A DNA stretch of 64,000 bases from an uncultured Chloroflexia bacterium (GTDB lineage Bacteria; Chloroflexota; Anaerolineae; CG2-30-64-16), in assembly GCA_963783655.1 (NCBI GenBank), contig CAWAOA010000010.1:71054-135053 (forward strand), given 5' to 3'. This document shows positions 31,474 through 43,012 of the stretch, piece by piece. Positions within the stretch are counted from its first letter, which is position 1. Every line of letters begins with the position of its first letter. Made by a program: the position numbers and the translations under genes. Below the pieces are notes generated by a model that did no database searches, was not told the DNA's origin, and saw nothing but the letters and a program-made list of their open reading frames with translations.

Positions 31474-31698
31474 GGTCTGCTTCTCTCCTACCCCAAAGGT
31501 CTGATGTACCACAGGCCGGCGGTCGCCGGCCTGTGAGGCTATAAAGCCAGGTTGGATATTCACATGCAGCTCAGCCCAAGTTTGTGAGCCGGCTACCCTT
31601 CCCGGTTACAAGCAACGAGCATCGCGACAGGCAGCGGCCGAACAGGCCGGCTGCTGCCTGTTGGGAGCCTGAGTGGGAAAGAGCGCCAGCTCTAGAGG

Positions 31699-33647
31699 TT
31701 ACGGAACCACTATCACGGGCGCTTCGCTGTAATGCTCGGTGGCACCCTGCGCATCAGCGGTACGGACGGCAATGTAGTACGTGCCTGATGGCACCGATGA
31801 TGTATCCCACGAATAGCAGCTGCCGCTGCAGGCGGGCGCTGAAGCCACCATCGGCAGATACAGGCGCCCAGCGCGCGCCGCCGATAACGCCACGTTGCGC
31901 TCAGGACTGGCCTGTTCACCACCGTCGCTGCGTTCGGCAGTGGTCGAAACCGAAACTACGGCGATCCGTGTCCTTCCATTGCCGGCATCCCTGTCGGTGT
32001 CGTAGAAGAATTCAAGCGAGTTGGGCCGTCCCGCTGCAAGCTCATACTGGATCACGTATCGCTGTCCACGCTTAACAAAATCCATAGCGTTCAGCTTGAT
32101 CCAGTCAAGCTGGATTGTGACAGGTAGGTGCCCGATGAACATCTCGTTGGGGTCGAATCGCAGTCTATTTGGATGCGATTCACGCCAGCCACGTGTCCCC
32201 GCTGGATAGGTCTCGTCGACCGCATCCGGTGCCCACAGATCAACGCTATAGGTGTGCCAGCCATCTATGATCAGGATATCGCGGGTCATCACGGCTTCCT
32301 CAGCGACGCCGTTGTCGAAGTCGTTCACTCGCCACCAACCGAAGCGCATCGGCGAGAAGTTGTTCCCAGACTGGACGAACCGGAACGACAGGTACCTGTA
32401 CTGATTGGTGTCTACAAAGGGATCGGGCGTCGCGGGCGGGTTGCGATTCATCCCACCCAGAAACAAGATCGGGTCGGCATAGGTCGCGCCCCGGGGCAGC
32501 CCGGTGGCACTTCTGCGGCATAGATCCCACCGATCGTGCGCGGGTTGCTAACGCACGTATTGATCATCGGTGGCACGTCATCGTTTAGGTCCCCCGGTTC
32601 GTTCATATCCCAGGGCCTGCCCAGAACACCGGCCGAAAACTCTGGACCGCTGGTGGGGCTTGGCTTTGTGATGCGTACGGCCGGGGGCCGGCTGATCGTC
32701 AAGGGACCAGCGCTCCATACAGTGCCGGAAGAATTGGTCGCTGCCACGTAGTAATCCCCTGCAGGGAGCACGCCCGTCTGGTAGACGTAGCTGCCGCCCG
32801 CCGCGCTCTGTCCCTGAGCGATCAAGATGTCATCGGGGTCCAGAGTGCGATTGCCTGGGCTTGCCCAGAGGGTTACCGCACCACCGCTGCCGTTCCCTGT
32901 CCACTGCACGGTGTAAGGCCGGGCAGATGTGGGATCGGCCGCGGTCAAACGAGCCCAGTCAAGCTTCACGGTCGCGCTTGCTGCGCCGTTGCCGGCAAAG
33001 GGGTGCAAGAGTAACTCGCGGATGGCGCCGGACCACGGGCGGCCGCCGAGCTGGATGCCGAGCGCACGTAGATCTACCGAGTACGTATGCCAACCCGCTG
33101 CCTGACCGAAGCAGGGACTCGGCGGCACCAGGAAGCCGTTCGAGACGCCCATGACCTCGGATGCATAGCTATCATCGGCGTACCACTGGATCAACCCCGA
33201 ATTGCAGGTAGTGTTACTTGAGTACATCCGGAACGTGAGGTAGTGGTAGCGGTTGGCGTCGATCGGATAGTTGTAGCCGATGCGGCCAATGCGGACGGCC
33301 TGATGACCCTGGGCGCCTGCGGTAGAAGTGAGACCCGCTCACCTCCGTCGCCGGACGTCATCCGCGGCGTACACACCATTGGAAAAGGCGCTGTCCGAGA
33401 GAGAACTCTCGAAGGGGTAGAAGAAATCAAGGTCGGTCGACTCGTTCATATCCCACGGATCGCCGAGGACCTGTGTTGCGTACTCGTCTAGCTCGGCGAG
33501 CACGTCCCCGCTGCCATTCGGCTCGACAACAGTCAACGCCGTCGTCGCTTCAGGCTCCTCCGACTGGGCGCCCGCTGCAGGTGCTAGCAGAGCCAGCACC
33601 GCCAGCACCACCAGCAGATGCACAAGCATAGACCGTTCTTTCCTCAT
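31699..33647 (-). CDS. Secreted protein with two tandem copies of an unknown beta-rich domain (frameshifts near 33350 and 32460)
   Basis: Signal peptide ...LLAPAAGA; VLGDPWDMNE / VLGRPWDMNE, GWHTYSVDL twice, LDWARL / LDWIKL; RLYLPMV motif. Confidence 0.65.
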
Positions 33648-33780
33648 CTTGGCATTTCGGAGATTGATTCGCCTACTGTTGACTCTCGTACAACCTTCGT
33701 TGTTCATCGTCAAATTATATAGCCCGGAACATCCCCAGAGACACTACTTCTCCGTTCTGAAGGACTCCCTGACGCTCCTT

Positions 33781-35527
33781 TCACTCGTCTTCTAATACCT
33801 GATACACGTATTCGGTGCCGATTTGCCCAACCTTGTGGAGGCCCAGCGCCTGCACCTGCTGATCAACAGACGCAATGTCCTTGTACTGCGTGCTATCAAC
33901 CAACACCCATTCGACGCGCAACCGTTTCACTACCGCTACACTTTGATCGCTTGGGAACGTCGCCAGTACAGGGGCGGCCTCCGAGAACTGGGGTGGAGCA
34001 TAGGCAGCGAAGAAACCGCCAATGAACGGCTTTTGATGAGTGAGAGTGTAATACGTATGCTGCGGAGCCATCATTTGATTGAACGGGAACTGAGCGACGG
34101 CGCCGTTGCCCGGCTGCGCAGCCAGCCACCGATCGACCGGGCGCGCTTCGACCTCGGATAGAGGCAGCGGTTTTGGGCCAAGATCGATAAGCACGAGCGC
34201 CATTGCGACGACAGCAACCGTTCCGGCAAGGCGCCCGGAGCGCCTCGCCAGAGAGGCGAGGCCAATGCCTGCCAGTACGCTGACGAATAGATTCACCAAA
34301 ATTCCGTAGCGCATCCAGACGCGCAACTGCTATAGAACGGCAAGTATTTGAAGAGAAAGTAACCCGGTAGAGGAATGAATGTCTCCGTATAGGGATGCCA
34401 TTTCTGTAACCACTGAGGCACGCGTACGACGACTGTCTGGCCCAGCCAGTGCAGATCGGTACCGAGCGCCAGCACGCACGCGGCCAAGGCCATGACGAAG
34501 AGCAACTTCACCTGTCGACCGAGGTTTAGCTTCCGAGCGCCCACCAGCGCCACAATCGCAAGCGCCAGGGCCACTGTACCAAGATAGAGCGTGTTTTCTA
34601 TCATCAAACGTTTGTCAAAATGCGTAGCAACCCAGTTGCCCCAAATCGCGTGGAACGGTGAAGGGATCAAGAAATCGGTCGGGCTGGCTGACCACGTGCG
34701 TACTTCATCGAAACTGCGGGATGGCATGCCGCTCCTGCCCGCTAGCTGCAGATAGGGAGCAACGGAAACGAAGGCGGCGGGAACCGCCAGGCTTCCTATT
34801 CGGACCAGGTTGCCGGCCGTCCGTGGCAGAGATCCGCGTCTGGGCCGCTGAAGCAGCAACCAGGCCAGCAGATAGACTGCAGACAGCACCAGGGTCATAT
34901 ACAGGTAGTATTGCGAACTACCCCCGATGAGCGCCAGGAAAAGGGCCACCAGGAAGCTGTTTCGCCATCGGTGGGCAGAGGAGTCTAGCGCATGACCAAG
35001 CGCCATGAAATAGAACGGGAACCACTGGGTTCCCATCAAATTCAGATGCCCGTATGCGTGCATCATTCGATAGCTGGCAAAAGCGAAGCTAACGCCTGCT
35101 ACCACACCGGGCGCCCACGAACGCGTAAGTCTGCGGACCCAGACGTAGACACCGAAGCCCGACAGCACATACGAGATGAGAACTGTAGCGTTGTAGGCCA
35201 GGACTGGCCCATCCGCCAGCGAAACGGGGAAACCCATCAGGACCATGCTGGGCGTGATTTCGTTATATGCCAGGTTCCAGCCTGTGGGTAATTAAGGGAG
35301 GGTACGTCGAGCGGCAGTGTATGAAGCTGGATGAGTGCGTGCTGAAACCACCCGATGAGCCACACAAAGTAAAAACCGTCACCCGGCCATCCGATGATCG
35401 CATGCTCTATTCGAGTCGCGAGTGGCCATGTCAGCGCGAGACTGAGCACTATGAACACGCCCACAGCGAGCGGCGTCTTGCGCCACAACCGGTTAGGTGA
35501 GGCTACCGGTGATACGACGTTGCTCAT
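33781..35527 (-). CDS. GT-C/YfhO-like polytopic membrane glycosyltransferase (frameshifts near 35280 and 34325)
   Basis: LTWPL...GDGFYFVW, NYPQGWNLAY, LSGFGVY, FAFASYR...HLN, YLG, many TM helices, C-terminal extracellular domain. Confidence 0.6.
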
Positions 35528-35579
35528 CGACCTCCGCGCGCGAAACAGGCTACTCCCCCTATGCAGGGCGCGATTCGAG

Positions 35580-35607
35580 AGTATAGCACTATGACGGGTT
35601 CTCGCAA
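35580..35607 (-). promoter_or_regulatory. Putative promoter for the GT-C-like gene
   Basis: TTGCGA-16 bp-TATACT with TGn extension on the minus strand. Confidence 0.45.
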
Positions 35608-35642
35608 CCCACCTTGCGGCTGTCGCGGTCGCGCTCTCCACT

Positions 35643-37073
35643 CTACTGGCTGCGGATCCGCATGTACTGCCAGGCGTTTCGCACAAGCTGGCTGCCGTTC
35701 ATGCGCACGGGGAAGAGGCGGCGGCTGAGGGCATAGCCCTTCCACAGCTTGTACACCAGCCAGAAGAGCTGGTTGGACGGAAGCTTGATCAGGCGGCGGA
35801 CCATACCGCGCAGGCGCGGGAACTCGACGGTCAGCGCGAACAGCTTCTGCAGATTCTCGATCTGCCGCTTCTCCGCCTGCGAGCCGAAGCGGATGAGGGT
35901 GTCATCGCTCACCGAGCCGGACAGGTCGTCAAACGAGCCGTCCATCCATCCCTCGCGCTGCGCCATTTCTCCCAGCTGGGTTTGCGGATACGGCTGGTAG
36001 AGGAAGACGTTGGCATAAGCGGGCCGGCACTGGATGTTCAGATCCAGCGTCTCGAAATCGGTCTCGAGGTCGCCGGTGGGCAATCCGAGCATGTTGTTGG
36101 TGGAGAATGCAATCTGATTCTCGCGCAGCAGGCGCGAGGCGCGCAAGATTTGCTCACGCGACATGTGGCGGTTGAGGATCTCGTTGCGCAGCCGGTCGTT
36201 GCCGGCCTCCAACCCATAGCTGACGCTGACGCAGCCCCCCTCCTTCAGGAGGCCCACTGACTGCTCGTTGACCAGGTTGGCGCGCACCTGGCACCACCAG
36301 GGAATGCCGATCTCTTCGGCGTAACTGGGACAGAAGGAGCGCAGCCAACGCGGGTTGACGATGAAAGTGTCGTCCATAAAGATGACGAAGTCCAGGCCCC
36401 ACGTGTCACGCAGATCGCGGATCTCGTCCAGCACACGCCGGACGCTGCGCTGGCGCAGCCGCTTGCTGCCGGGATACAGCTGCGAATACGCCTTGTTGAA
36501 GCAGAAGGAGCAGTCGTAGGGGCAGCCGCGCCCGATGATGATGGGGCGGATGCGGCCGCGCCGGCTGGCGGGGTGCGCGTCGTACAGCAGCTTGCGGTCG
36601 GGAAAGGGGAGCGCATCCAACTCGGCGCTGGACAAGAGCGGGCGCGGACCGTTGCTCGATGACTGCCCGTCCACCTTGACATGCCAGTTGGCGATCCCGG
36701 TCACCGGCTGCCCGGCCGCGAGCGCATTCATCAGGTCGAGAGTTGCGTACTCCCCTTCGCCGATGCAGACGGCGTCTACCCCATCCTCTTCGATGAGATT
36801 GGGGAAGAAGGTGGGGTGAGGTCCGCCGAAGATCGAGAAGACGGGCAGGACGTCCCGGATGCGCCGGTTCAGCTCCAGGTAGTAGTTCTGCATGCCGGTG
36901 TAGACGGTGTAGCCGACCACGTCTGGCCGCAACCGGGCGGCAGCAGCCACCGGATCCTCTTCCGTGGCCACCACCAGGCTCACCTGATGGCCCGCGTGCT
37001 TCAGGACGCTCGAGATCAGCAGGATGCCCTGCGGCTCGTTATCGATCTGCTTTACGACGAAGAGCAGGTGCAC
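35643..37073 (-). CDS. B12-binding radical SAM protein (copy A')
   Basis: GTG start after GAGGT; [40 protein letters not shown]. Confidence 0.9.
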   Translation of the reverse strand: MHLLFVVKQIDNEPQGILLISSVLKHAGHQVSLVVATEEDPVAAAARLRPDVVGYTVYTGMQNYYLELNRRIRDVLPVFSIFGGPHPTFFPNLIEEDGVDAVCIGEGEYATLDLMNALAAGQPVTGIANWHVKVDGQSSSNGPRPLLSSAELDALPFPDRKLLYDAHPASRRGRIRPIIIGRGCPYDCSFCFNKAYSQLYPGSKRLRQRSVRRVLDEIRDLRDTWGLDFVIFMDDTFIVNPRWLRSFCPSYAEEIGIPWWCQVRANLVNEQSVGLLKEGGCVSVSYGLEAGNDRLRNEILNRHMSREQILRASRLLRENQIAFSTNNMLGLPTGDLETDFETLDLNIQCRPAYANVFLYQPYPQTQLGEMAQREGWMDGSFDDLSGSVSDDTLIRFGSQAEKRQIENLQKLFALTVEFPRLRGMVRRLIKLPSNQLFWLVYKLWKGYALSRRLFPVRMNGSQLVRNAWQYMRIRSQ

Positions 37074-37129
37074 AATCACCTCACAACGCCTTGACGGGGC
37101 GCGATCCCCCTCAGTCAAGGAAGGCCGAG

Positions 37130-38530
37130 CTATTTGGGCAGGAAGAACCGCCGCGGCATTCGCCAGCGTGGCCGGCAACTCGGTCCAGAATGCCGGTTGC
37201 GATACCTTTTCCCATACCCGAACGGGGCGATACAGGTAGAAGCGCCGGTACGCCTCTTTCCACTTGCGAACGACCAGTGTCGGAATCGTATCCGGGCATG
37301 GTGAAACGCGGCTTCTCCGATTGGATGGCAAAGTCTTCCCAGCTATCGGCGAAGACGTTGCCGTACTTCGTGATCAGGTCGTACATTTCGGTGCCCGGGT
37401 AGGGCGTAGCGAGCATGAAGTTGGCGAGGTCCGGATCGAGCTCGAGCGCCAACTGCGTGGTCTTCTCCATCGTTTCTTCGGTCTCTTGCGGCATCCCGTA
37501 GATGAAGAAACCCATCGTCTCCAACCCGGCCTCCCGCGCCCAGCGGAACGCATTGCGCACCATCTCGACCGTCTGCCCCTTTTTGATCACGTCGCGCAGG
37601 ATCCGCTCGTCCCCGCTTTCCACGCCGAAGCCCACACGCTTGCAGCCTGCGGCCTTCATCAGTTGGAACAGCTCCTCGTCCGCGTGGTTGACCTTCATGC
37701 CGTGCACGGTAACCCAGGGGACGGTGTTGAGCCCTTCGGCGATCAGGGCCCGGCATAATTCCTTGGCACGAGTAACCTTCAGGTTCCAGATGTCATCGGT
37801 CATGCCGATTTCGGTGGCGCGCAGGTCGCGCACGAGCCAGCGCCATTCGCCGATGACGTTCTCGACCGAGCGAGGGCGCCAGGTATGGCCGGTGATCGGC
37901 TTGGAGCAGTAGGTACACTTGTACGGGCAGCCGCGACTGGTCATGAGCGTGTACGAGCGGGCGTGCTTATCCAATCCGTCGGTCAGCGGCTGCAAGTTGG
38001 TGTAGCGCGCGATCTTGTAGAGATCGTGCGCCGGATAGGGCAGCGAATCGAGATCGGCGATCAGGCGGGCGGGCGCGTTGAGCGCACATCGCTGCCAACA
38101 CGATGCCGAAGAGACCGGGCACCTTCTCGAGGGCGCCGTGCCCTTCCAGGGCCTCCACCAACTGCGGCAGCTCTCCTCTGCCTCGCCCTGGATCACGTAA
38201 TCCACCTCGGGGTGTTCGGGCGCCAGGGATTCCTCGGGCATCAGCGTCAGGTGCGGACCGCCGAGAACGGTGGTCAACCCCAGGCGCTTGCCCTCGGCTG
38301 CCGTGCGCCAGGCTTCGTAGATCAGTGGGGTGACGGCGCTGATGCCGAGCATCTCGTAGCCGTGCCGCCGCACGACGTCGGCCAGCGGCTGGTCCTCGAC
38401 GGCGCCGTCGAAGATACCCACGTAGTGCCCCTGCGCACGCAATGCGGACGCGAGGTACCCCAGCCCCAGCGGGATGTGCTTACGCGGAGTTCCAGACCCG
38501 AGTTTCGGGACTGGCAAGGAGAATGCGCAT
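37130..38530 (-). CDS. B12-binding radical SAM protein (copy B'; frameshifted)
   Basis: [53 protein letters not shown]; ends approximate. Confidence 0.88.
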
Positions 38531-38594
38531 CGCTTGTTCCTACCTAGAGCCTCGCGAGTATTGATCGTTCGATCCGTGCGCGATCTGCCCACCG

Positions 38595-40035
38595 TCAGGG
38601 AGAGACCCGGTGAGCGCCGGCGGCGCCGGCGGCGCTGCCGGCTCGCGACCCGCCAGGTGGCGCAGCTTGCGGACGTACCGCTGACGGGTCGCCGTATCTG
38701 CGGGCCATCGATCGCGCCTGCCGGCGCACCCGGTTACCAAACTTGCGCTTCTGGCTGAAGTCACGCGCCCAGCCAGGAACTCGTAGTCGTGCCCCTTGAT
38801 CTTCGGCTCCGTTGGGTTGCGTCGATAGCTGTCGTAATCTCGTATCAGGCTCAGGTCGTGCTCGATGCAGTAATCGTACAGATCGGTGCCGGGGTGTGGG
38901 GTGTAAGAAGGCGGGACTGTAGTAATCCGGATCGATCTCCCGGATCATGTTGACCGTGTCCATCACCTCTTCCCTGCGTCTCCGTCGGAATGCCGAGCAT
39001 ATAGTTCGCCCAGATGGCCAGGCCGTACTTGCGGCAGATCCGCGCGGCCTCCATGTTCCGGGCAGGTGTGTGCCCTTGCGCAGGAAGTTGAGGATGCGCT
39101 GGTTGCCGCTCTCAAACCCGATGAAGTAGCCGCGCAACCCGGCCTCGGCCATCGATCGCACCATGTCTTCCTGCGTAACAATGATATCTGAGCGGCTCTG
39201 GCAGAAGAACGGCTGCGTGAAACCTTCCTCCTGATAGCGCTGGCAGAACTCGCCGACCCACTTCCGGTCTTCGGTAAGGCAGTCGTCGTGGAACATGAAG
39301 CTGGCGAAGTGGTAGCGATCGCGCAGTTCGCGCAGCTCCTGCCATCACGTTGTCTACACTGCGACGCCGCACGCCCTTGCCGAAGATATGGTCCTCGCCC
39401 GGCTTGCAGAAAGAACAGTTGTAGCGGCAACCCCGCCCGGCGATGATGGTCAGAAACGGCCCGGGCAGCTCGTCGACAAAGGGCACCTCCGGGCTGTTGA
39501 GCGTGTAGCCCCACTTGCGCCACTCGTTCAAGAAACAGGTCGCGGTCGGCAAACGGGATCGCGTTCAGATCCGGGCGTCTCCCGTGGATGACCCTGCCCT
39601 CGGGACGGCGGCCTTCTCGAATGGCTGCCAGTAGCTCAGGGAAGACGACCTCTCCCTCGTGCGTCACCAGGTAATCCGCATGCTCGGGCTGCGCAAGCAG
39701 TCGTCGAGCGCCAGCGTGACATGCGGTCCGCCGATGACCGTGACGACGTCCGGGCTTCAGCTCGTGCAGATCTCCAACGCCTGTTGCACCGGATTGTAGT
39801 CGACCGACATCATCGTCAGGCCGACCACATCTGGATCGCGCTGCAGGAACTCGTCGCGGAAGTGGTCCCAGTCACGCAGAGCGCGCAGGTCGATGAGATC
39901 GATCTCGAACCCCTGGGCGGCGGCGGCGGCGCTCAGGCTCGCAAGCCCATGCGACACCCAGCCGGCGTCCATGCCCTGGCTCAGGCAATTGAAGCCGCGC
40001 CCTGCAATTCCGGGGTAGATCAGAGTCGTCTTCAT
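38595..40035 (-). CDS. B12-binding radical SAM protein (copy C; multiply frameshifted)
   Basis: [48 protein letters not shown]. Confidence 0.85.
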
Positions 40036-40043
40036 GGTGCTCC

Positions 40044-41540
40044 TCAGGCCGTCGTTGCCTGCTTCCGCAGATCCGCCTTATCGCGGTGCGGGGACGATCG
40101 TCCGCCACGCCAGGCGAGCGTTGCGGCCGAAGTTCAGCCAGAAGTCTTTGCGACGCATGGTGCGCATGATGTACTTCGGCCGCCAGTAGAACTGGCGGTA
40201 CGCCTGCCGGTACATCTCTTCCATCAGCTCCGCCGTCAGGTCCCCCAGCTCGTAACGCGCCTGCTGGTCGAAGAAGACGTAGTCGTCCCAATCCTTCATC
40301 AGGAAGCGACCGTACTTCTTCACTTCTTCGTAGACGGCGGTGCCAGGGTAAGGGGTCATCATGCTGAAGTTGGCGATCATCGGATCGACCTCGATGGCGA
40401 AGTCGATGGTGCTTCTGCATGGAGTCGCGGGTGTCGCCGGGCAGCCCGATGATGAAGAAGCCGATCGTCTCGATGCCGGCCGCCTTGGCATTGCGGAAGG
40501 CCTGGCGGATCGTATCGTGATCGATGTGCTTGTCGATGCGCACGATCATCTCCGGGTCGCCCGTTTCGACGCCAAAGGCGGTGCGTTTCATGCCCGCCGT
40601 CTTCAGCTTCAGCAGCAGATCGTAGTCGACAAGATTCGCACGGATGCCGTTGACGAAGATCCAGGGCACATGGTTTAGCCCCTCGCCGATCAGCAGATCG
40701 CAGATCTCGTGCAGGCGCTGCTTGCGGATGTTGGCGCTGTCGTCCAGCACGCCGATTTCGAGCGCGCCCAGGTCGCGCACCAGGTGACGCCACTCCTCCA
40801 GCACGTTCTCGGGCGAGCGAGCGCGCCACTTGACCGGCATGATGCTCTGCGAGCAGAAGCTGCAGCGATATGGGCAGCCGCGGCTGGTCATGATGAGAAG
40901 CTGCGCGCGCCGTCCACGGCATCCGTTGCCGGCTGCAAGTTGGTGTAGCGATTCATCTTGAAGAGGTGGTACGCCGGCCAGGGCAGCGTATCCAGATCGT
41001 GGATCACATGCCCGTCCGGATTGCGGTGCGACTCGCCGGTCGCATCGCGGTAGCTCAGGCCCTCGACGTCCGAGAAGATGTCCCGGGCGGGGTCCATCAA
41101 GGCGGCGGTGGAAAAGGCCGGCTGGTCGCGCAGGAACGATTCCACGCGGCTGGCTGATCGCGGTCCAGCATACCTCGCCCTCGCCGCGCACGACCATGTC
41201 TACCGCGGGCTGTTGCAGCGACTCCAAGTCCAGGTCCTCCGATACGACGCTGACGTGCGGGCCACCCAGCACCACCGGGATATCCAGCTGTCGCTTTGAT
41301 CGCTGCTGCAGTCCGCCACGCCTGCTTCACCTGCGGCGTGTTGGCGGTGATCCCGACCAGGTGGGGCCGGAACTCACGCAGAAAATCAGGAAGCGGCTGC
41401 TCCTCTACGTCGGCATCATAGATACGCACCTCGTCGCCCCGCTGTTCCGACACCGCGCCCAGATACGCCAGCCCCAGGTGGGCAGTCGTTCGGGTGTCGA
41501 TTGGCAGATGGAAGCGAGGATTGATCAGTAATACACGCAC
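40044..41540 (-). CDS. B12-binding radical SAM protein (copy B; multiply frameshifted)
   Basis: HLGLAYLGA, LGGPH, GEGE, SRGCPYRCSFC, LDDSAN, FGVETG, FFIIGLPGDT, TPYPGT. Confidence 0.88.
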
Positions 41541-41554
41541 GATCCCTCCGGTCC

Positions 41555-43012
41555 TTAACCCTTCAATCGCATGAAGTGTATCGCGGCCTGCCACAGGCGG
41601 GCGGGGCCGAGCGTCACCGGGTGTACCCGGTGGTAAATGGCAAATCCCTTGTGCAGCTTGTGGATCCACCAGAAGAGGGTGTCCCACAGACGATTGTGCG
41701 GCAGGCGGATCAGCCGGCGGATCAGCGGCTCCAGCCAGGGCCATTCTACGCCAAGTGCAAAGAGACGCTGCAGGTGCTCCACCTGCGACTTGTGTTCCTC
41801 GCTGTCGAAGCGCAAGATCGAGCGATCCCAGGCAATCTCGCCGATGTCGTCAAAAGTGCCGCCCATCAGCCCCTGCTGGCGCGTGAACTGCCCCAACTCG
41901 GTTCCGGGATAGGGCTGGAACAGGAAGGCGTAGGCGTAACTGACGTTTGCTTCTGCGTTCAGCCGCATCGTCGCCAGGTCGTCTTCTAGCGTGCTGGTCG
42001 GGAGCGCCAGGATATTTGTGGCGGTCAGGTGCATTCCGGCTTCGCGGACGAGCCGCCCGGCGCCCACGATTTCCTCGCGGCTCATGCGCCGGTTCAGCAA
42101 CTGCTCGCGGATGCGATCGTCGGCCGCTTCGATCCCCATGCTGACCGTGTGGCAGCCCGCCGTCTTCAACAGGGCTACCTTGCGCGGATCCTTCACGAGC
42201 ATGTTGGCGCGCACGTTGCAGAAGAAGGGCAGCCCCACCTGGCGCGGCCACTTTTCGGCCAGTTCTTCCAGCCAGTCATTTCGCAGGATGAAGAGGTCGT
42301 CCACGAACACAACCTGCTCCAGCGGCCAGCGCGCCCGCACGAAATTCACCTCGGCGATGAGATCGTCCACCGGCCGCTGGTAGCCGCGCCTCTCCTTCGG
42401 GTAGAGCTGGTAATAGGCATGGTTGAAGCAGTAGCTGCAGTTGTACGGGCAGCCGCGCGATGTCATGAAGTGCTTGATCGGGCTGGCGGCCAGATCGGGA
42501 TGCTTATCATAGATCAGCATCCGGTCGGCGCGCGGCAGACTGGAGAGGTCTGAGATCAGCGGGCGCACGGGATTGCGCGTGATTTCGCCCTCGACCTTGA
42601 ACCACCAGTTAGGGATGCCGGTCTGGAGTGCGCCGTTCCCGAGCGCGGCCGCAAGGTCCAGGATCGCGCCTTCGCCTTCGCCGAGGCAGACGCCGTCCAC
42701 TCCCTCTTCCTGGATGAAGTCAGGGAAGAAGGTGGGGTGCGGACCGCCAAAAGCGGAGAAGATGGGCCGGGAGCGCAGCGGGTTCAGGCGGGCGCGGATA
42801 CGATGGTTCAGCTCCAGATTGGCGCGCTGGGAGCCGGTCATCACGCTGAAACCCAGGATATCAGGCTCGAACCGCTCGGCAAACGCCACCGGGTCTTCCA
42901 GGTCGGCTACCGCCAGTGCCACCTCATGCCCCGCCTGCTTGAGCACGGCGGACATGGACATGATGCCATGCGGCTCGTAGCTGATCTCTTGCTCTACGAA
43001 CAGAACACGCAA
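41555..43012 (-). CDS. B12-binding radical SAM protein (copy A)
   Basis: Intact 485 aa; [41 protein letters not shown]. Confidence 0.92.
   Translation of the reverse strand: MRVLFVEQEISYEPHGIMSMSAVLKQAGHEVALAVADLEDPVAFAERFEPDILGFSVMTGSQRANLELNHRIRARLNPLRSRPIFSAFGGPHPTFFPDFIQEEGVDGVCLGEGEGAILDLAAALGNGALQTGIPNWWFKVEGEITRNPVRPLISDLSSLPRADRMLIYDKHPDLAASPIKHFMTSRGCPYNCSYCFNHAYYQLYPKERRGYQRPVDDLIAEVNFVRARWPLEQVVFVDDLFILRNDWLEELAEKWPRQVGLPFFCNVRANMLVKDPRKVALLKTAGCHTVSMGIEAADDRIREQLLNRRMSREEIVGAGRLVREAGMHLTATNILALPTSTLEDDLATMRLNAEANVSYAYAFLFQPYPGTELGQFTRQQGLMGGTFDDIGEIAWDRSILRFDSEEHKSQVEHLQRLFALGVEWPWLEPLIRRLIRLPHNRLWDTLFWWIHKLHKGFAIYHRVHPVTLGPARLWQAAIHFMRLKG

Noticed and set aside
35643-37331. 562-aa ORF suggesting a fusion of rSAM B' C-terminus to rSAM A'
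   Set aside because: An RBS and GTG at 37073 align with the start of paralogue A, and one indel restores ...NAARFFLPK* at 37130, so this is an artefact.
35643-43012. Assigning the rSAM genes as bchE, hpnP/hpnR/hpnJ or a RiPP cluster
   Set aside because: No photosynthesis, hopanoid, RRE/peptidase/exporter or convincing precursor gene nearby; the motifs only support the family-level call.
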